Positions 59,901 through 64,000 of a stretch of 64,000 nucleotides of DNA are shown piece by piece. The translations under genes were made by a program, and so were the position numbers. The notes below the pieces were generated by a model that searched no databases, was not told the origin of the DNA, and saw only the letters and a program-made list of their open reading frames with translations. Source of the stretch: Macrostomum lignano. Its lineage: Eukaryota. Numbering within the stretch: the stretch's first letter is position 1; each line of letters opens with the position of its first letter. Where the stretch lies: the NCBI GenBank assembly GCA_002269645.1, contig NIVC01001799.1, positions 1-64,000 of the forward strand. Reading direction: 5' to 3'.

Positions 59901-60567
59901 ATGGTGTTGGATCTGATATGGTGTTGGATCTGATATGGTGTGGGATCTGATATGGTGTGGGATCTGATATGGTGTGGGATCTGATATGGTGTGGGATCTG
60001 ATATGGTGTGGGATCTCTGATATGGTGTGGGATCTGATATGGTATGGGATCTGATATGGTGTGGGATCTGATATGCTATGGGATCTGATATGGTGTGGGA
60101 TCTGATATGGGATCTGATATGGTGTGGGATCTGATATGGTGTAGGATCTGATATGGTGTGGGATCTCTGATATGGTGTGGGATTGAGGCAGAAGCTGGCT
60201 TGGGATCTGGTTTTGGGATTGAGGCAGAAGCTGGCTTGGGATCTGGCTAAGGAACTGATAATTAAAGACGGATCAGGAAGGGGGAGTGAGAGGCAGCCGT
60301 CTCACTGGAGACTGTAACCTCATTTCACGCTGTGCTGCCGGTGCTTCAAAAAAGCAATCTAAGCTGGTTGATTTTTCAAGCTTAACCGAAAAAATCAAAT
60401 CACTTTATAATCCAAAAAAGCACAAAAATTTGCATTCAAAACAGAAGTTCAATGCTTCACATTACCTGAGCAATCAGCACCCAGATGGTGAACATCTTCA
60501 TCGATGGCTCTCCGGTGTTGCTGCTACCGCCAGAGGCGCCCGGGTGGTCAAGATTCTCGTAGGGCAT
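56971..60567 (-). CDS. CYB561: Cytochrome b561 family protein, 262 aa; exons 60567-60466, 58993-58855, 58530-58167, 57154-56971
   Basis: Motifs FNFHPLFM, KVIHASLH, SLHSWLG and PIHQHWG (four heme His). Exon lengths 102+139+364+184 = 789 nt in frame, with GT/AG introns. Paralog assignment not determined. Confidence 0.93.
57215..58130. repeat. Intronic minisatellite, ~48-bp unit with variable (GGATCAATG)n, intron 3 of cytochrome b561
   Basis: Directly visible. Confidence 0.95.
58535..58805. repeat. Intronic ~26-bp minisatellite (GGGGATGGAGTGCCATGGGGATCATT), intron 2 of cytochrome b561
   Basis: Directly visible. Confidence 0.93.
59130..60185. repeat. Intronic 17-bp minisatellite (TGATATGGTGTGGGATC), intron 1 of cytochrome b561
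   Basis: About 60 units with occasional 19-bp variants. Confidence 0.97.
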
Positions 60568-61419
60568 CGCGGCTTGAACGGAGAAGAATAATGGGGATTA
60601 TAGTGATATCTGAGGATAACCTGGCTGTGTCTGCTGCCTGAGTATGGATGCAGCTCACACTCGCCTCTTCAAACTCCAAGAATGCTAAGCTGCAGCACGC
60701 CTCTTCCGTGCTAAAAAAAGAGACAGACAGGGGGAAGACAGAGAGGGGAGGAGAGGAGACACTGTATGTAAGGGCCTGATGTCAGTGTACAGCTGCACCA
60801 GCCTCTCTCCTTCATCATTAGGAGAGAGGAGAAGAAAAGGTCAGTCGATTTCTCCGCCTCGTCTCCCACTCTCTCCACCCCCGCAGTTGCTATGCCGACC
60901 AATGCCAGGAACGACCGAGCGAGCAGAGAAGAGGAATATGGAGAAGGGGGAGAGGCTGAGAGTGCAATTCTGACGCGAGGAGAGCTCAGCCTCCAGTCTC
61001 TCTCTCTCTCTCTCCGCATTTGCTCTTTCCATCCTAAAAAATCCCAAATCCCAGATAGGCTGCAGGATTGAGGTCAGTTCTGCTTCTGGGAGAGAGGTTG
61101 CAGAAATTTCAGCCAATGTCGGAAAAAGAAAGAATAATTAGCAGAGCCGAAAGAAGACTTGCTGCCAGTGGCAGGTTGTATCAAACTCTGCATCTGGCCA
61201 CAGTAGGTTTCCCTCAAGGCCTGTCCGTTTTCCACAGGAAATCAATGTAAAGTGAAGAGATGAAGTCAGGAGACTGCAGGGGAGGGGCTGAGAGTGGGAA
61301 TAATTGATGGGGATTCAATGCTTAGATGTGCTTGGGTGGCGCGTGAAAGTCAGATGTCGTTCACGTGATATCTGCAGTTATTATTCACAGAATAGCCATT
61401 CACACGATACAACTTGATA

Positions 61420-61810
61420 ACCATTCAATGGATATTTTATGGTCATTCACTGGATATTGGATGGTCATTCACTGGATATTGGATGGTCATTCACCGGATA
61501 TCTGATGGTCATTCACAGGATATTCTATGGTCATTCACTGGATATTTTATGGTCATTCACTGGATATTTTATGGTCATTCACTGGATATTGGATGGTCAT
61601 TCACTGGATATTGGATGGTAATTCGCTGGATATTGGATGGTCATTCACTGGATATTGGATGGTCATTCACTGGATATTTGATGGTCATTCACTGGATATT
61701 GGATGGTCATTCACTGGATATTGGATGGTCATTCACAGGATATTTAATAGTCATTAACTGGATATTTGATAGTCATTCACAGGATATTTGATAGTCATTC
61801 ACAGGATATA
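61420..61810. repeat. ~21-bp minisatellite (TGGTCATTCACTGGATATTGGA)
   Basis: Directly visible. Confidence 0.95.
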
Positions 61811-61954
61811 TATATATATGTTTTAAAATTTGCACTGTTTAAATCAAACGGAACGGCTGAGGCAATAAAAGAATTTAGAAATTATGAATGACCAGATCCG
61901 TATTCGGTAAATGGACTCGTTGATCAGAAATTCTGGATGAACTGTAACTAAAAT

Positions 61955-63065
61955 TTGGGAGGCTGACCTAGCAACTGAGGATCTGGGAGGCTGGCCCAGC
62001 AACTGACACTCTGGGAGGCTGGCCCAGCAACTGAGGATCTCGGAGACTGGCATGGCAACTGAGGATCTGGGAGGCTGGCCCAGCAACTGAGGATCTCGGA
62101 GACTGGCATAGCAACTGAGGATCTGGGAGGCTGGGATAGCAACTGAGGATTTGGGAGGCTAGCCCAACAACTGAGGATCTGAGAGGCTGGCCCAGCAACT
62201 GACACTCTGGGAGGCTGGCCCAGCAACTGAGGATCTCGGAGACTGGCATGGCAACTGAGGATCTGGGAGGCTGGGATAGCAACTGAGGTTCTGGCATAGC
62301 AACTGAGGATTTGGGAGGCTGGCCCAGCAACTGAGGATCTCGGAGACTGGCATAGCAACTGAGGATCTGGGAGGCTGGGATAGCAACTGAGGATTTGGGA
62401 GGCTAGCCCAACAACTGAGGATCTGAGAGGCTGGCCCAGCAACTGAGGATCTAGAAGGCTGGCCCAGCAACTGAGGATCTGGGAGGCTGGCCTAGCAACT
62501 GAGGATCTGGGAGTCTGGCCCAGCAATTGAGGATGAGAGGCTGACCCAGCAACTGAGGATCTGGGAATCTGGCCCAGCAATTGAGGATCTGGGAGTCTGG
62601 CCCAGCAATTGAGGATCTGAGACGCTGGCCCAGCAACTGAGGATCTGAGAGGCTGGCCCAGCAACTGAGGATCTGAGAGGCTGGCCCAGCAACTGAGGAT
62701 CTGAGAGGCTGGCCCAGCAACTGAGAATCTGAGAGGCTGGCCCAGCAACTGAGGATCTGGGAGGCTGGCCTAGCAACTGAGGATCTGGGAGTCTGGCCCA
62801 GCAATTGAGGATGAGAGGCTGACCCAGCAACTGAGGATCTGGGAATCTGGCCCAGCAATTGAGGATCTGGGAGTCTGGCCCAGCAATTGAGGATCTGAGA
62901 CGCTGGCCCAGCAACTGAGGATCTGAGAGGCTGGCCCAGCAACTGAGGATCTGAGAGGCTGGCCCAGCAACTGAGGATCTGAGAGGCTGGCCCAGCAACT
63001 GAGGATCTGGGAGTCTGGCCCAGCAATTGAGGATCTGGGAGGCTGGCATAGCAACTGAGGATCCA
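61955..63065. repeat. 30-bp minisatellite (GGCTGGCCCAGCAACTGAGGATCTGGGA-like) with higher-order duplications
   Basis: Directly visible. Confidence 0.95.
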
Positions 63066-63547
63066 AGGGGTTTGTGAAATGTAAGTCCCTATGCTTATAA
63101 TTTTTTAAGCTAATCACCCTAAGCAAATTGAAGAGTGAGAGCAGATGTCATAGGTGAGCCAATTAGACATGTAAAACAGCGACAGCAAAGACGCAGTCAG
63201 TAATGTATTTATTCAATAAATTTAAACCCAGGAACAAAATGAAAAAAACACACAACATCTTCATCATCTCTCTGGCATGATAGAGATTTTTCTCAGTCAA
63301 CAAAAGTCGATGGATATGACGGTTAGGGAAAGATTGGATATTAAACAGGAAAATTTCTAATCTCTGATCGAGTTGCAACAGTTGCCAGGCAAAAATTGAA
63401 GATAAAAAAATCATGATAAAATCCATCAGCCTAAACAACGGCTTGCCAAAGGCTAAAGATTTTCAAACAGACTAAAAACAATGAAAAACAACACGATTGT
63501 TTTAAGTGGAATCTCTTGATAGCAGAAATTAGTCCAATAGACCACAT

Positions 63548-64000
63548 TAGCAATCCATTCTATTCCTTCATCAGTGATGCTGGCTAGATTAGCAATCCAT
63601 TCTATTCCTTCATCAGTGATGTTGGCTAGATTAGCAATCCATTCTATTCCTTCATCAGTGATGCTGGCTAGATTAGCAATCCATTCTATTCCTTCATCAG
63701 TGATGCTGGCTAGATTAGCAATCCATTCTATTCCTTCATCAGTGATGTTGGCTAGATTAGCAATCCATTCTATTCCTTCATCAGTGATGTTGGCTAGATT
63801 AGCAATCCATTCTATTCCTTCATCAGTGATGCTGGCTAGATTAGCAATCCATTCTATTCCTTCATCAGTGATGTTGGCTAGATTAGCAATCCATTCTATT
63901 CCTTCATCAGTGATGCTGGCTAGATTAGCAATCCATTCTATTCCTTCATCAGTGATGCTGGCTAGATTAGCAATCCATTCTATTCCTTCATCAGTGATGT
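63548..64000. repeat. 42-bp near-perfect tandem repeat (TTAGCAATCCATTCTATTCCTTCATCAGTGATG(C/T)TGGCTAGA), runs off the window end
   Basis: Period 42; units differ only at one C/T position. Confidence 0.97.

Noticed and set aside
40937-63126. Long ORFs made of repeated peptides (SQSV, GKSLTREVQLP, SHLASD, INGINIPNQPD, QLLGQP, etc.)
   Set aside because: They are translations of micro- and minisatellites, several lying in introns of real genes.
63163-63438. 91-aa minus-strand hydrophobic ORF
   Set aside because: AT-rich sequence readily yields hydrophobic ORFs; non-ATG start, and no splice or family support.
54225-64000. CRISPR-like appearance of the 42-bp and 30-bp arrays
   Set aside because: Units are head-to-tail with no unique spacers, there are no cas genes, and the context is eukaryotic and intronic.

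Overview
Eukaryotic (animal) genomic DNA: spliceosomal introns, GC-rich exons and minisatellite-filled introns. This is reminiscent of a free-living flatworm such as Macrostomum, but that is a guess. The window has two compartments. Positions 1-35 kb are a dense transposon nest dominated by at least nine loci encoding Crypton-type tyrosine recombinases (YR, DUF3504-like), all on the + strand. The nest also holds P-like/THAP, MULE, mariner, Gypsy, LINE and MITE pieces and one intronless type I membrane-protein ORF. Positions 35-64 kb hold host genes, all on the - strand: a multi-C2H2 zinc-finger protein, a small 4-TM claudin/PMP22-like protein, a 751-aa disordered ORF and a cytochrome b561. These are interleaved with about a dozen different tandem repeats. 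The most notable structure is an apparent Crypton system whose autonomous and non-autonomous members are bounded by an AATG direct repeat. These members carry an asymmetric inverted repeat (terminal on the left, subterminal on the right). They form a 12.3-kb nest (Crypton > Cryptons + P-like elements > Crypton) that can be unpicked at base resolution. An 8-mer, CCATAGAC, is strongly over-represented in the ends of several unrelated transposon superfamilies. All calls come from manual reading and translation; no database searches were run.
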